Shown one piece after another: positions 1 to 13,696 of a DNA stretch of 64,000 nucleotides (position 1 is the stretch's first letter; every line of letters starts with the position of its first letter). The position numbers and the translations under genes are program-made. This stretch comes from Octopus vulgaris (taxonomy: Eukaryota): the NCBI GenBank assembly GCA_951406725.2, contig OX597815.1, positions 86,738,001 to 86,802,000 on the forward strand. Reading direction: 5' to 3'. Below the pieces are notes generated by a model that was given only the letters and a program-made list of their open reading frames with translations, made no database searches and was not told the origin of the DNA.

Positions 1-11
1 TCTTATGCAAT

Positions 12-470
<459 letters not shown>

Positions 471-1442
471 CATTGATTGATTGATTCCATACCGTGGAAT
501 TAACTGCATATATGATCTGGATATTCGCATAATTCGGTCTATTATTTATGAAGATACCGTTATTCCTATTATTACATCGCATGTTTTCCAGCTTTGGGAA
601 AAAAAATTGTACCTTAAAATTGAACATTTAGTTATATAGGAATAAATGAGACTTGAAGCTATCAATTTAATATGTTCGTATGGATGCACTTTATATATTT
701 TCCTGGCTGATGTCAAAAGAATTAAGTAATTTTAAAATATTGTCCTTGTCGTTTCAACGAGTTACATACTATTGAAGTTGAGATATCGGTGCATTTTATC
801 TTTGTAATTGTATAATAACATTATTCTATGAATATATATTTATTGGAGATATATATTGTAAACATATAAATTCCAATCACCTGATGTTTGATCGATAATT
901 TTACCAACTACACTCGATTTTGATTGTCTCAATTAATTTTTCTTAAAGCACGTGATCATAATTGTTCTCTGGAGTGTGACTCATTGCAGGGCATTTGATT
1001 CTGGTTAAGCTGAGATAATTAAGGAATATCAAAGCCTGCCTCAAGCCGAACAGCTGCATGAGGTCGGAGCTTAGCCGGATTTTCAAGGGGTTTAACCGAG
1101 AGTAAAAGAACTGATTCTTGAAAAGTACACCAGTTTGTCACAGAGTTAATTAATCCCCAGTCGCAATTGGAACTAATGTTCAGCTGTGTTGGAGTAACAT
1201 ATGAACTACTTTGCTAATGGATATAACAAGCTACCCATCCGAAAATTGCATCCCGAACCAAACGATCATGCAACTAATGCCATTATTGCTAGCCTAATGA
1301 CTTTACAAGAACCTCAAAAGGAATTTAAATACTTTAAAAAAATTTTTACCGACACATAATAAAAAAAACTTAAATTGAACAATAGGAAAATAAGTAATCC
1401 ATATATAAGTACACAAACAGTGTTATCGATATGTTGAAAATG

Positions 1443-2321
1443 TAAGTGGTGTGATCAAAAGAATCCGGACTGTTGTCATAGTAACGAAGCTAAACTACGT
1501 AGAGTAAAGATGCTTAGCACATCTTGACCTTGAACTCTACTGTGCATGTGCACTACGTTTTAACGTTCTAGCTCATTTCTGCTGTTTATGGCAGTGCTTG
1601 GAAGGAAGATGTGTAGCGTGTGATCATCGTATTGACCATGATAGAGAAATTTGTGCAGGTAATCTGCATCAAATTTTTTCAAAAGCTTGGCGATACCTGC
1701 TCAGAAGCCTATGCAAAGTTTTCAAAACATTTACATTTTTCTTGACACAATCAGTGAGATTTTGTCCGACTGAAACCCGAGTGCCTTTTTGGTCAGATGA
1801 AAGCACTTTTGGCACAAACTTGTTAGATATGCGGCTCATACCCAAATCTTCAGTGATAATGGACTGAACTGAACTGTAACTAATTTGCGCATCCTCTGAT
1901 AATTCACAGATGGGGATTCGACGCTTTCACCTCACACCTGCACATATATCTGCGAGGTTTTTCTCAGTCTGCTGGATGCGGGTCTCCCAGAACGTTCGTC
2001 AATATCAACATTTTTTCGGCTATCTTGGAAATGTCTGAACCAATTGTACACTTGTGTGCGATTCATACACTTTCTGCAACTTTGCGTAGGCCTCTGAGCA
2101 GGTTTGGCCATGATGTTTTTCACTGTGAGGGCCAATGCGACGATCACACGCTATAGACCTTCCTCCCAAGCACTGCTGTACACAACGGAAGTGATCTAGA
2201 ACGTTTAAACTTAGTTCGCATAGCAAATTTCAAGGTCAATATGTGCCAAGTAGCTTCACTCTACGTGCTTTAGCTGCCTCACTATGGCAACAGTCCGGAT
2301 ATTTATTGATCAGACCTTATA
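1443..2321. mobile_element. Fold-back mariner derivative built from two inverted 5' ends
   Basis: Termini TA-AGTGGTGTGATCAAAAGAATCCGGAC and (reverse complement) TA-TAAGGTCTGATCAATAAATATCCGGAC; about 280 bp of inverted similarity (1443-1728 vs 2070-2321). Minus strand encodes frameshifted transposase N-terminus: TCSEAYAKLQKVY, MNRTQVYNWFRHFQDSRKNVDIDERSGRP, EDLGMSRISNKFVPKVLSSDQK. Confidence 0.85.
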
Positions 2322-2911
2322 TCATTCATGCTTTATATAATTTTTAGATATGTAGCATCAACGCAATGCCTTACTTTAAATAATGAGCTAAATTTCATAA
2401 CTCCCTGCTTATTATGCGTGTTAGGTTAATCGTATAAAACTTACAATTAAGTGGAATCGTATACAATTGAGTGTAATCGTACTGCAAATAGATTCTATAT
2501 CGTTCTAGACCAGTGGTTTTCAACCGGACTCCCTATAAGATTTTGTTTAAATCTATCTGCAATAGATTAGCTATACTTTTACAATACACAATATATGTCC
2601 ACAATTTATTTTCATACAATTCCTAAAACTATTTAATTATCAAAATGCATTATAATGTTTTAAACATCGAATGGCTATGGGGCTAGATCCTAATAAAATA
2701 GGAATCAACTACGTAGCTGAGAGGTCCATAGACACTTGCAGCTTTAATGTAAAACTCAGAGGCAGAACCAGCATGCGACAATATATAAGAAAACTAGTAC
2801 ATTGATTTATTGGTAAGGGCCAAATAAAAACTGTCAGCATAACAACACGCCAAACAATAAAACTGAACCTACATAACCATGAGTGAGAGGTATGTCTCGT
2901 TGGTATATATA

Positions 2912-3108
2912 TTCTTTTACTCTTTTAATTGTTTCGGTTATTTGACTGTGGCCATGCTGGAGCACCGCCTTTAGTCGAGAAACTCGACAGCAGGACTTAT
3001 TCCTTGTAAGCCTAGTACTTACCCAATCAGTTCTTTTGTCGAACCTCTAAGTAAACACACCAGCATCGGTTGTCAAGCGATGTTGGGAGGACAAATACAT
3101 ACACTCAC

Positions 3109-3166
<58 letters not shown>

Positions 3167-3329
3167 GACAGGCTTCTTTCAGTTTCCGTCTACCAAATCC
3201 ACTCACAAGGCTTTGGTTGGCCCGAAGCTATAGTAGAGAACACTTGCCCAAGGTTCCATGCAGTGGGACTGAACCCGGAACCATGTGGTTGATAAGCAAG
3301 CTACTTACCACACAGCCACTCCTACGCCT
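2912..3329 (-). mobile_element. tRNA-derived SINE family A with internal (TA/CA)n
   Basis: Minus-strand head GGCGTAGGAGTGGCTGTGTGGTAAG...CCGGGTTCAGTCCCACTG (A/B boxes), CORE-like CCTTGGGCAAGTG, tail GGCGGTGCTCCAGCATGGCC...AAACAATTAAAAGAG; matches other copies in the window. Confidence 0.9.
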
Positions 3330-4346
3330 ATATAAATATACATACATATATGTGTGTGAGTGTATGTATATACATATATACGTATATGTACGAACACATA
3401 TATATATGTATGTGTGCTTATATACACATAAATAAATATGCATATATATATGAATATATGCTTGTGTGTGTGAGTGTGTGTTTGTGTGTCTGTGTGTGTG
3501 CTTTCCTCGTTGAATCGTTTGTGGGATAGAAATAGGAAGATTAGCAGACATTATTTGACGTGATACATGTAAATTTTATGGTAATGAAAATTCGCAAAAA
3601 CTAATTTGGTTACAGTCATTATTCACTGTATGAATGCATATATGAAGGAGAAATGTATGTGTATGTGTGTGTGTGCGTGTATGTGTGAGTCTATGCTGGT
3701 CTCTATGGATATGTTGGTGCGTGGGTGGGTGAATGCATAGGTATAGGCTTGTTTATTGTGCGTATGAAGTTTGTTTTGTGAATACGTGCGAAAATGAAAG
3801 GCGAGAGGATAGCTCAAGGTGACAGAAAGTGAAAGTATGCATACAGTATGTTTATGTATGTGTGTTGGCATGCATGTGTGTGCGTATGTATGTGAGTGCA
3901 TTTGGCTTCACATATGTATAGATGCGTGTGCGTCTGCATTTTGTGCATGTGTATGTTTACTCCTATCTCTCTCTCCTGAGGTTTCCCTCTCTCTCTCTCC
4001 CTCTCTCTCTCTCTTTCGCTCTCTCTCTCTCTCTCTCTCTCTCTTGCTTTCTCCCTCTATTTTTCTTTCCTTCTCTGTCCCTCTGTCCCCATTTTTATTG
4101 CTTTCTCACTGTTATATATCTGTGCTTCGATATTATCCATTCCATATTAACATAACTCTACCTACAAGATGTTGTATGCATCTATGTGCTTGTATATTAT
4201 ATATGTGTGTGTGTGTGCGCGCGTGTGTGTGTGCATGTGTGTGTGTGTATGTGTGAGTGTGTATGTATATGTATATATATGCGGGGGTATGCATATGTAT
4301 ATATATGTGTGTGTATGTGTATTTATATATGTATATATGTGTACAT

Positions 4347-4417
<71 letters not shown>

Positions 4418-4450
4418 ATATATATATGTATATACATGTAAATATATACG

Positions 4451-4501
<51 letters not shown>

Positions 4502-4590
4502 ATATATATATATATATACACATATACATATATATGCATATATATACATATATATATAAACATATATATGTGTGTGTGTGTGTGTGAAGT
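3330..4590. repeat. Long (TA)/(TG)/(TC) microsatellite field
   Basis: Directly visible dinucleotide tracts. Confidence 0.9.
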
Positions 4591-5201
4591 TTGGTTTAGG
4601 TTTAATGATGCCACCTATTGTCAATACGAGAGAATATTGAAAATACAAAATACAAGAAAACTTATTTTTCTTTTTCATTTATTTATTTATTTATTCATGT
4701 TTTTGTTTTTAATATGGTGATTGATGTTTTCTATTTCCTTTGCAATTATACAATGAAATTTAAATAGTCACTAAATCGAAAATAAATATCGAAAAAACAA
4801 CATTAATACTTAAGCATTACTCACCAAGGATTTGATATGAATATATATATCAGTAAACAGTGAAATTCATTTTTTTTTCGGACGTCACCAAATATAGAGC
4901 TAATCTTCAATTTTGAGTTAGATATTTTGAAGTGAAAATATGTCGCTCAAATTATATGTATGCAAAACATTTTTATTATGTTTTTCCTTTTAGCTGTGTG
5001 TGTACATAAGCTGTGACATAAAGTCAATTTATTATGAATTTCGTATGAAATACTTTATGGGAACAATTTTATAATGGTTTCAGAATATTTTACTATTATG
5101 CATACAAGTGTGGGCTTAGCCATGTAGTTACTTCATTAAAGTGGACTATTGTAGAATTCTTCCAACCCTGATACCACTGGCACTTTCTCACACACTTTAA
5201 A

Positions 5202-5376
5202 GGTGCAGGAGTGGGTGTGTGGTAAGTAGCTTACTTACCAACTACGTGGTTCTGGGTTCAGTCTCACTGCGTGGCACCTTGGACAAGTGTCTTCTACTAT
5301 AGACTCGGGCCGACCAAAGCTTTGTGAGTCGATTTCGTAGACAGAGCCTAAAAGAAACCCGTCGTATATATATGTG

Positions 5377-5417
<41 letters not shown>

Positions 5418-5638
5418 TGTGTGTGTGTTTGTGTGTGTGTATGCGTGTGTGTGTGTATGCTTGTTTGTCTGCGTTTACGTCCCCGTAACTTAGCTGTTCG
5501 GCAAACGTGACCGATAGAATAAGTACTGGGCTTACAAGGAATGGATCCTGGGGGTCGATTTGCTCGAGTGAGGGTGGTGCTCCAGCATGGCCGCAGTCAA
5601 GTGACTGAAACAAGCGAAAGGGTAAAAGAATTAAAGAA
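5202..5638 (+). mobile_element. SINE family A, full-length copy
   Basis: GGTGCAGGAGTGGGTGTGTGGTAAGTAGC...GGGTTCAGTCTCACTG head, internal (TG)n, tail ...GACTGAAACAAGCGAAAG. Confidence 0.9.
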
Positions 5639-6559
5639 TGTGAAAGCGAGTGGCGTAATGGTTGATTCGTGACATCATTGTTTGCATTCGCCAGATGGGC
5701 AGTACGTTGTATGCTTCAGCAAACACTTCGTTGCACGTTCATCCGTCTCAGTCAGCTGTAAATGAGTAACACTGTGGTTGATGTAGCACAAAAGCCCTAG
5801 TTCGTGAAAAAGCAGTAGCGTCGAACATCAACTACATTGACCATCACCTACTTACAAATAATTAGGTCGAGACAACAGAGTGTCTCCTTTAAGGCCAGAC
5901 TGAATAGTCACAGATACGCATTTACGATTCAAGAATGGTATAATGTCAAAGTATTAAACAGCTATATGTGACAATAAAAAAGAACATACTGCTATACGAC
6001 ATCACCTAAAATTTGCTGGAACGTTCTGGGTCATATCTTTATGAAAGTAGGTGCTGCAGACTCTGTTTGGCGAAGAAAGAATCATTCTAAAATATCCACA
6101 CTATCCGGGCGCTTACTGAACACAAAAAGCGAAATTTTAGAATATTGCCCTCGAGATCGCAAATTCCGTTTGTCAGCGTGTTCATGTTCTTCTTTGAAAA
6201 AGAGGACTTATTTCAACCATAGCTAACACCAGCCAATGGGGAATAACGATGATGTGCCTTTCTGGCCAGCGTGCCTGAAGTGTCGTAAATGTTGTCTTGT
6301 GGTAATATTCGGTAAAATTCTGACCAGTGTTATTACATAACCACTTGACAATATATAAATGCACCCGTTCTATTTCTTATATTGAGTGTGATCTTTTTCT
6401 GCCTTATGAACAAGTAACTGATTATATATATATATAATCGGTCGTTTCTTGGAAGCGAGCTTGGTTTCATAGCATTACCATGCTTTCCGTAATCGTTTAA
6501 GTCGTTTAAATGCTTATATAGTGATGAGGAGATTGACACCTTTTGCAGTTTTAGCCTCG

Positions 6560-6712
6560 AGTACCATTCAATAGATAATCAGCTGTTACTTTTTTCAAAT
6601 GATCAGACGGAAGCAACGTTAGATGAAGAGTCTTGTCCAAGGACACTACACATCGCCCTTTTCAGTAATCGGAACCAGGAACTCAAACTCAGCGCTAACC
6701 ATTAGACTCCAC
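6560..6712 (-). mobile_element. Degenerate CORE-type tRNA SINE
   Basis: Minus strand GTGTAGTGTCCTTGGACAAGACTCTTCATCTAACGTTGCTTCCGTC resembles the 47435-47745 copy; similar remnants near 1100-1300 (-), 5640-5775 (+) and 51460-51600 (+). Confidence 0.55.
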
Positions 6713-6744
6713 TATACATACACTATACACACACATTCATGCAC

Positions 6745-6796
<52 letters not shown>

Positions 6797-7479
6797 TATT
6801 ATTTTTCACTGTTTGATTTGCCTAATAGTGGTTTTATCTCTAATTTAATAAATTATATATATAAATATATATATATATACATGTGTATGCGTGTACATGT
6901 GCGTTTGTTTGTTTATGTGTGTGTGTGTAATGGATATTTTCAGGTATAATTTTAATCACAGTACTAATCCTGGTAAGGATTGTGGTGTTTGTTGTAATCA
7001 GTTACTATAGTGGTGTTCATAGATAATAATGGTGGCAATGGATATATTGGAATGGGCATTGTATGTGAGTGGTTATTTTATTTGACATGTGAAGATGTTT
7101 GTTGTAGAAATGATTGCATCACTGTTAACGTTTTTAGTTGGGAAAAAGACCGCAGTTCTCTAATAGCCATTTTTACCGAAATTGTAAACTAAAATTGCCG
7201 ACTGTTTCAAAATCGTGATTCTTCGTTGTTTAGAGCTTAGTGAGATATTTTAAACTGAAAATGCTTCAAGAAAATATCTTTTAGAAAAAAGCTAGAAAGT
7301 TTAAAATTCATTCTTATTTAGAATTAATGTATTTACAAGCCTTATTGCGTATTACGTAATTCTCGATCACCTACTAACGTTTTCCTTCAGCTGTCATTGT
7401 TACTACTATTGTATCACTGCTTGTATAGTTACTACGACTTCTGCTGCTATATGATTACAAACAACTCACTTCCAGAAGA

Positions 7480-8472
7480 TTAAAAGAAATGTTGCAAAGG
7501 CTAATTTAATCGCTAAGATCAATTATTGAGTATTAGTGTGCCGCTGAAGACAATAGGAATTAGAAAGAAGGACCTGAGTGCAGAACTATTTGACTTCTAG
7601 AATATATTTAAGTGTTCCTCGTCAATATTTATTATATTGTGGATAACTAGCTAATATTCCTATAAATACAAATACAAGAAGAAATTAATGAAACATTAAT
7701 GAAACAGATACCAAATCTATAAGAAGCAACATATTCCAATGGGTTTCATCACTCTGTTTCCTTTTCTTCTTGGAGTGAACGCCTTTAAACCCAGATGCCA
7801 ATCCAGACTGGGGGCGGACAAATATGTAAGGGAGGACAATCAATTATCTTTTTATATGGATTGCCTTAATGTGTAGGCTGTTGAAATCATATGACAGGAA
7901 AAATGTTACATAGCGGCCACAAATTCTGCGGAGGAATTGATATATAATTTTCAGTAGAAAAAAATGTGCCGATTTGAAGAAAAGAGAAGAATTTGAAAAA
8001 GAGAGAAAAATTTGAAGAAAAGAGAAGAAAACTCATAAATACTATTCATATGTCAGATAAAGAATCGGACTTGGATGGAACGCAGACTAACAAATACCGA
8101 GGAATTAATGAACAAAACAACGTAAATAAATGAAAGAAACTCGTAGCAAGGAATATTACAGTTACAGTCGTATGTTATACTTATAATATTGTTAAAATTG
8201 GCAACTAAGCGAATTACCATGACTAGACAGGAAAACAAAAAATATAAAGTCTGCATTTAGGAACACACTACACAAAAGCTTATGCAGAAAGATTGTGTTA
8301 ACGCGATTATATTAACGAGTGTTCGGCAACTAGAACATTGTTCAAAAGTATATCTACTATAAAAGTACAAAAATTTCTAGTAAAGAATAAAGAGAAATGT
8401 CTACACATAACAATAACATGTGTGTGTGTGTGTGTGAGTGTGTGTTTGTGTGTGTGTGTGTGTGTTTGTGTG

Positions 8473-8547
<75 letters not shown>

Positions 8548-8990
8548 TGTCTTCAACGAGGACAGCAAACAAAATATACAAAGACCGAGATGTCACACAG
8601 AATAGATGTCAGAAAGATGGAGGAACAACAACGGACACTATTAAAACAATAAAAATTCAAATCGAAAACTTTGGTTATAATATGTTTCGCTCAGAAATGT
8701 TCTTAACTTAACCATACCTGACAAAAGTGAGGTGTGTGTCTGTAAAGACAAATCCCAGCAAAGCCACTTAAAGCTGCCAGAAGATTCCAAATAAATTAAT
8801 AATAAAAAAAACGAACAAGTAAAGGCATTTGAAAGATATATTCGAATGTAATAGGTTGGACTCCATGCACGCGATACTCCGGTATCGTTTTTGCATCTAG
8901 TCCAGCAAATTGCATTTATAACAGGCCATGCTGATGAAGGTTACAGTTATCCTTGCGGAAAATAATAGCCGAAACTGATCAGTACACGGG
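7480..8990 (+). pseudogene. Highly decayed Penelope-like element remnant ending in a hammerhead
   Basis: A-rich plus strand with vestigial motifs (LFDF*NIF near 7585, like SFDVxSLF; QIYKKQHIPMG near 7713, like YxQxxGxPMG; [11 protein letters not shown] near 8660) followed by a type I hammerhead at 8926. Motifs are weak. Confidence 0.35.
8926..8989 (+). ncRNA. Type I hammerhead ribozyme motif
   Basis: CCAUG-CUGAUGA-A-GGUUA...UAGCC-GAAA-CUGAUCAG-UA-CACGG: intact core, stem II GGUUA/UAGCC, palindromic stem III ACUGAUCAGU, GUA cleavage triplet, stem I CCAUG/CACGG with one mismatch. Confidence 0.75.
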
Positions 8991-9228
8991 TAATTATTTT
9001 AATTTGTATATTTTCACTTGTTTATTGCTTCGGTTTTGTGCTGAGTAAGATTTGAGAACATAATGTTTTGTGGAGAATGGCGATTTGACGTCTATATCTA
9101 GCATGTTGACTGTCCACTTTTCGTGTTCAGTCCTTAATTGGTATATATAAATATTTTAATCTTCGGATTATTTTTTTAATATGCTAGACCACTGGTTTTA
9201 AATGATAAATATCAATTTCTACCCTTAA

Positions 9229-9296
<68 letters not shown>

Positions 9297-9337
9297 CTCT
9301 GAACGAAGAATAAACAGTAACTGCACGACAATGTGAA

Positions 9338-9424
9338 GTATATTTGCCATCTAAATATGGCTAACCACTAAGCTACAGTAACATCCACCCTTAGTGGTTA
9401 GCCATATTTAGATGGCAAATATAC
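9338..9424. repeat. Perfect 35-bp inverted repeat with 17-nt spacer
   Basis: GTATATTTGCCATCTAAATATGGCTAACCACTAAG (9338-9372) and its exact reverse complement (9390-9424). Confidence 0.95.
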
Positions 9425-9462
9425 CACACACACACATATGTATATATGTGTGTGTGTGTATG

Positions 9463-9529
<67 letters not shown>

Positions 9530-9840
9530 AAATTTAGGGAAGGGACCAGGTAAAATCCAGGTTACATATGTTTCTTAGCAAGCAGAATGTCGGACGTAGT
9601 AGTTACTCAACGAGTATTTTTTTATTCGCATTCATAGCAACGCTAGTTCTTATCAGTGAACTATGAAATAACTTCTCTCACTTTATCGAACTTCGATGTG
9701 GGTAAAATTAACAGCCTTCTACTTTAATAAACCACTTTTGTTCGTGAAAGTTGTTTTTTATACCTTTTACAGACCGGTCGAAGCTTACTAGCTTCCTACA
9801 CCTGGATCCTTGGATCTTACTTTTTCATATCAGTATATAT

Positions 9841-9896
<56 letters not shown>

Positions 9897-10019
9897 GTGT
9901 GTGCGTGTGCGTGAGTGTGTGTGTGCGTGTGTGTGTATGTGTAAAGGAAATGAAGATGTTCTCCAATTATGAAAATTACTAAGCAAAAATTATCAGGGTT
10001 TGTGAAATGAAAATAGAAA

Positions 10020-10396
10020 GCTTACCAACTACATGGTTCCGGGTTCAGCCCCACTGCATGGCAACTCGGCCAAGTGTATTTTACTATAGCTTCGGGCCGA
10101 CCAAAGTCTTGTGAGTGGATTTGGCAAACGGAAACTGAAAGAAGCCTGTCGTATATATATGTGTGTGTATGCGCGTGTATATGTGTGTGTCTGTGTTTGT
10201 CACCCCAACATCGCTTAACGACCGATGTTAGTGTGTTAACGTCCCCGCAACTTAGCGGTTCGGCAAAAGAACTGATAGAATAAGTACTAGGCTTACAGAG
10301 AATAAGTTCTGGGGTCGATTTGTTCGGCTAAAGGTGGTGCTCTAGCATGGCCGCAGTCAAATGACTGAAACAAATAAAAGAAAAAGATAAAAGAAT
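10020..10396 (+). mobile_element. SINE family A, slightly 5'-truncated
   Basis: CATGGTTCCGGGTTCAGCCCCACTG...GGCCGCAGTCAAATGACTGAAACAAATAAAAG. Confidence 0.9.
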
Positions 10397-10619
10397 ATCA
10401 CACTAGGTTCCTTGGAAACGATAAAACCGTTTCAGGCAATAACAGAAATAGCAAACAGGAAATATGACAATCACGCATACACTGCACACTTACATAGCCG
10501 TGTTTATGTTCAATACAATAAAATAAATTTTTATAATAATATATATCTAACAAATGTACAAAACACCTGCGCTTGTGCAATATCAACATGTAGTAAAAAT
10601 ATGAAAATTATTCTCTAAA

Positions 10620-10745
10620 TAATGATTGTTTCAAATTTTTACACAAGGTTCGCAGTTTTAGGTGGACAGATTTATCCGATTGCATCGGCACTAGTACGTT
10701 ACTGGTACTTATTTTATCAACTCCCATAGGACATAAGGCAATCTA
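10620..10745 (-). mobile_element. SINE family B, degenerate 3' part
   Basis: Reverse complement of the family box GATAAAATAAGTACCAGT and tail CCTTGTGTAAAAATTTGAAAC. Confidence 0.65.
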
Positions 10746-10789
10746 CACAGAGGACTGGATGGTGTGGCTTCTGTGCGAGTGTGAAAGCA

Positions 10790-11280
10790 ACAGACGTTAA
10801 TTCTAAAACCACTGCCAACAAGAAAGCAAATCAAACGAATCTAGTAGACTACTAAAAGAAACAGGTAGAAACAAATTGACGAGCGTGAACCCAGAAGCTG
10901 CAGCATGGACAATATTCTTCGGGGTCAAAATGCCGATGTAGATGAAGCAACAACCCATCAATGGCTGAGGAGTTCAGGGTTCAAAGTAGAGAATGAAGGC
11001 TTCATACCAGCTTGTTTACCATAAATAATGAGGCTAATGTTCTTAAAAAGTGCTGACCCAAAATGCAGGTTCTGCAATACATTTCATGAAACAATAGACC
11101 AACTCGTCTCGGGTTCTCCTGTGCTAACACCAAACGAATATGAATAATCGCCACGATAGGGTAGTATTTTATTGTAAAATACGTAAGCAATACACAATCG
11201 ACACTCCTCGTAACTAATATGAATACCAACCTTAGCCATTGGTTGAAGGTAAAAATGTCTCCATCCTCTTAGATTTTAAT
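10790..11280 (+). pseudogene. R4/Dong-type retrotransposon fragment (CCHC region)
   Basis: WLRSSGFKVENEGFI near 10963 and KCRFCNTFHETIDQLVSGSPVLTPNEY..RHDRV near 11061; close to the 57428-58200 fragment. Confidence 0.8.
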
Positions 11281-11899
11281 AATGATTCTAAATGAGTTTG
11301 GTGAAACCAAGAAGTCGTAATTGACTTCCAAATCCAGTCAAAATAAAAGATTACCGCAGGCTGTATATCATTATACATGACTTTGAAAAAGACAATGTAT
11401 CATAATGGACGTTATATTCGCTTCAAACTAAAAGAATGCAGAGAAGTAGAAGAGATTTAAATATAGGCTGAATTAAAAGTTGATATATCAAGAAAGAGAA
11501 ATTGCCCAAGAGCAAAAAGTCATAGAATTCATCATCGAAGCATTATGTTCAATCCCGGTACGGTTGTAGACAGAAATTCGAATATTTAGCGTGTTCCTCG
11601 ATAAATTTCCTTTCTTCAATTATCACCCATACAACCCACTCTTGTTAGTTCATAATCCTACTGTCTTTGTCTCTTCAATATTCGTATCCCGCCTCCCTTT
11701 GTTATTCCATTTCAATATATGCTTTGTGCGCAACTCTTTGTCCAGTGCACATGGTCTGCACTGTGCCTGTCCTCTCTTTCATTTTTAGGTTGGGCTCTGC
11801 CAACTCTGCAGCCTTTTTGACACCTTATTCCCTTCTTATCATTACACTTATTTGGGCTCAACCAACGAGGGGGTTCATGTAACAGCGTATTTTTACTAC

Positions 11900-12170
11900 T
11901 TTGAAGCCGTTACCAGCTACTTTTATGGACATCTGGAGTATTGTTGAACTATACACTTCAGCTTTTGTAAAGTTTGCCATACGTTTTGAAAGACCATGTG
12001 TCTTGGCAAAAGACCATGGTTGGTAACATCACAACTTAAATGTCTCTCCCAATCCAAAGACGTCGATGTCCGTTTGTTCCTGTTTTAACACGGTCTCAAT
12101 CTTAGTACCCTTTTGATATCATTTAAAGTTACTGCACTAATCTGCCAATGATCTTAATTGCCTACTCTCT
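11900..12170 (-). pseudogene. Decayed LINE apurinic-endonuclease N-terminal remnant
   Basis: Minus-strand EQTDIDVFGLGET resembles the APE DIxxLxE(T/V) motif; VYSST resembles VYAPT. Many stops. Confidence 0.35.
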
Positions 12171-13696
12171 AATCGTTAGAAATGTTTCTTTGGTCTCCGA
12201 TCTAGCGATTAACTTTTAGTTTTGTGTGAGGAGGACATAGCGGAACAACACCTCCAACCTCGCCGGAAAAGTGTTTACCTCTTTTCTTGACTCCACTATG
12301 GCAGTAATGTCATCCATAAAGGCAGGCGGTGGTGTCAAAACTAAAATGTTCTCGGATCTTCTCTCTTTCCAAACAGATTTTTGTACATTCTAATATCAAC
12401 TCCATAACCATTGCAAAAAGAGTAGGAAAAGAGTGCACTCTATCATGATGCCTGTTTCCAGTGACTACCCATTAACCGTAAAGACCTTCTTGGAAACTAC
12501 ATTACTACTGAACGAAAGCGCCGAGTAATAATATCCCTCACACCTCCCTGAATCCCCTTAAGAGCTAATACTTAATATTTCAGTGCTTGGAAAACTTATG
12601 TATAAACATTTGCCCAGTCGAATCAGGGAAGCTATTTTGGGCATATTGAAAAGGGACCCAAATCAACTGAGCATGCTCAAGGCCACTTAGTAATCAAGAA
12701 AGCTTTAGAAGGTAAGGTGTTTATGAGTTCATTCTTTACAAGGGACCTTGTTATTGTTGTTGCCAAGATTCTATAAAACTCCTTACCTTCAACCGAACAA
12801 AGAGTTATAGATAAAAGCTGGTCAATCGATACCTTCCACACTCATTACAATAAACTGAACTGACGCTCTATGGACGGCTAGTTTACAGGATATACTGGTG
12901 TTGCTTGAAACACTGTTTTTAATATCTTGCATTCACCACGAACAACTTATTTCTTTGGTGTAGACCGAAATCTCGAGCTAAAATTTAGATTTAGTTGCAA
13001 GCAGCTCATCAGTGATGGGGGTAGGAACACGTCACGAACTCCGAGTAAACACATTGAAGACGATTCTGATGTTCCTTTATAAATAACCTCGAGACGTCCG
13101 CTTTGTTTTGTTCATACACCTTTTCACAAACCAGCAATACACGAAATTTCTTTCATTGTTCTATTTTCTTCTTTTTTTTCTGGTGTACTCTTTCCGATGA
13201 AAATTTCATATCTTAAGCATTTTTTTCATTTGCTGCTGTTTTTTATTCTCCTTTGTGTATGGTATAGCTTCGCTAAGCCTAAATCGACACATTTCGTGGA
13301 TGACTGGAGTAAATCTACATATCTTTCCAACGTACTGATGGTTACAATTTGTTCTTCAGAATCACTCAGACATCGTTATCTAGAGATTTCCAAACTTTCA
13401 TAAATTTTGCACTGGGCCACTCTAACAAAAACTTGTTCCAGACGCTACTATTTCCAGAGATCTACAACCGCGGTTCTGAAAATAACGAATTAAATCGCTT
13501 CGCTCTCTGTAGCAGACATCAAGCACCCAACCAACCAAGTTCCTGTATATTGTAGGGTTTTCTTGCCAATCACTTTACTGTCCTTTACTGTCTCTGAGGG
13601 TATTTCTTTATAAATGGAACTTTTATATTGATTCTGCTGTCTTTTAAATTTTCAGGTTGTCGTTTCAATTTTCCAAGATAGTGCCTCGTCTTTTGG

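Noticed and set aside
2511-2730. hAT/Charlie-like left end CAGTGGTTTTCAACC
   Set aside because: No matching right TIR or 8-bp TSD found.
12960-13016. Minus-strand CUGAUGA-GCU...AGC-UCGAGA hammerhead-like motif; similar weak cases near 9770-9838 (-) and 35150-35183 (+)
   Set aside because: GAAA core and/or stems I and III are broken; not distinguishable from chance by eye.
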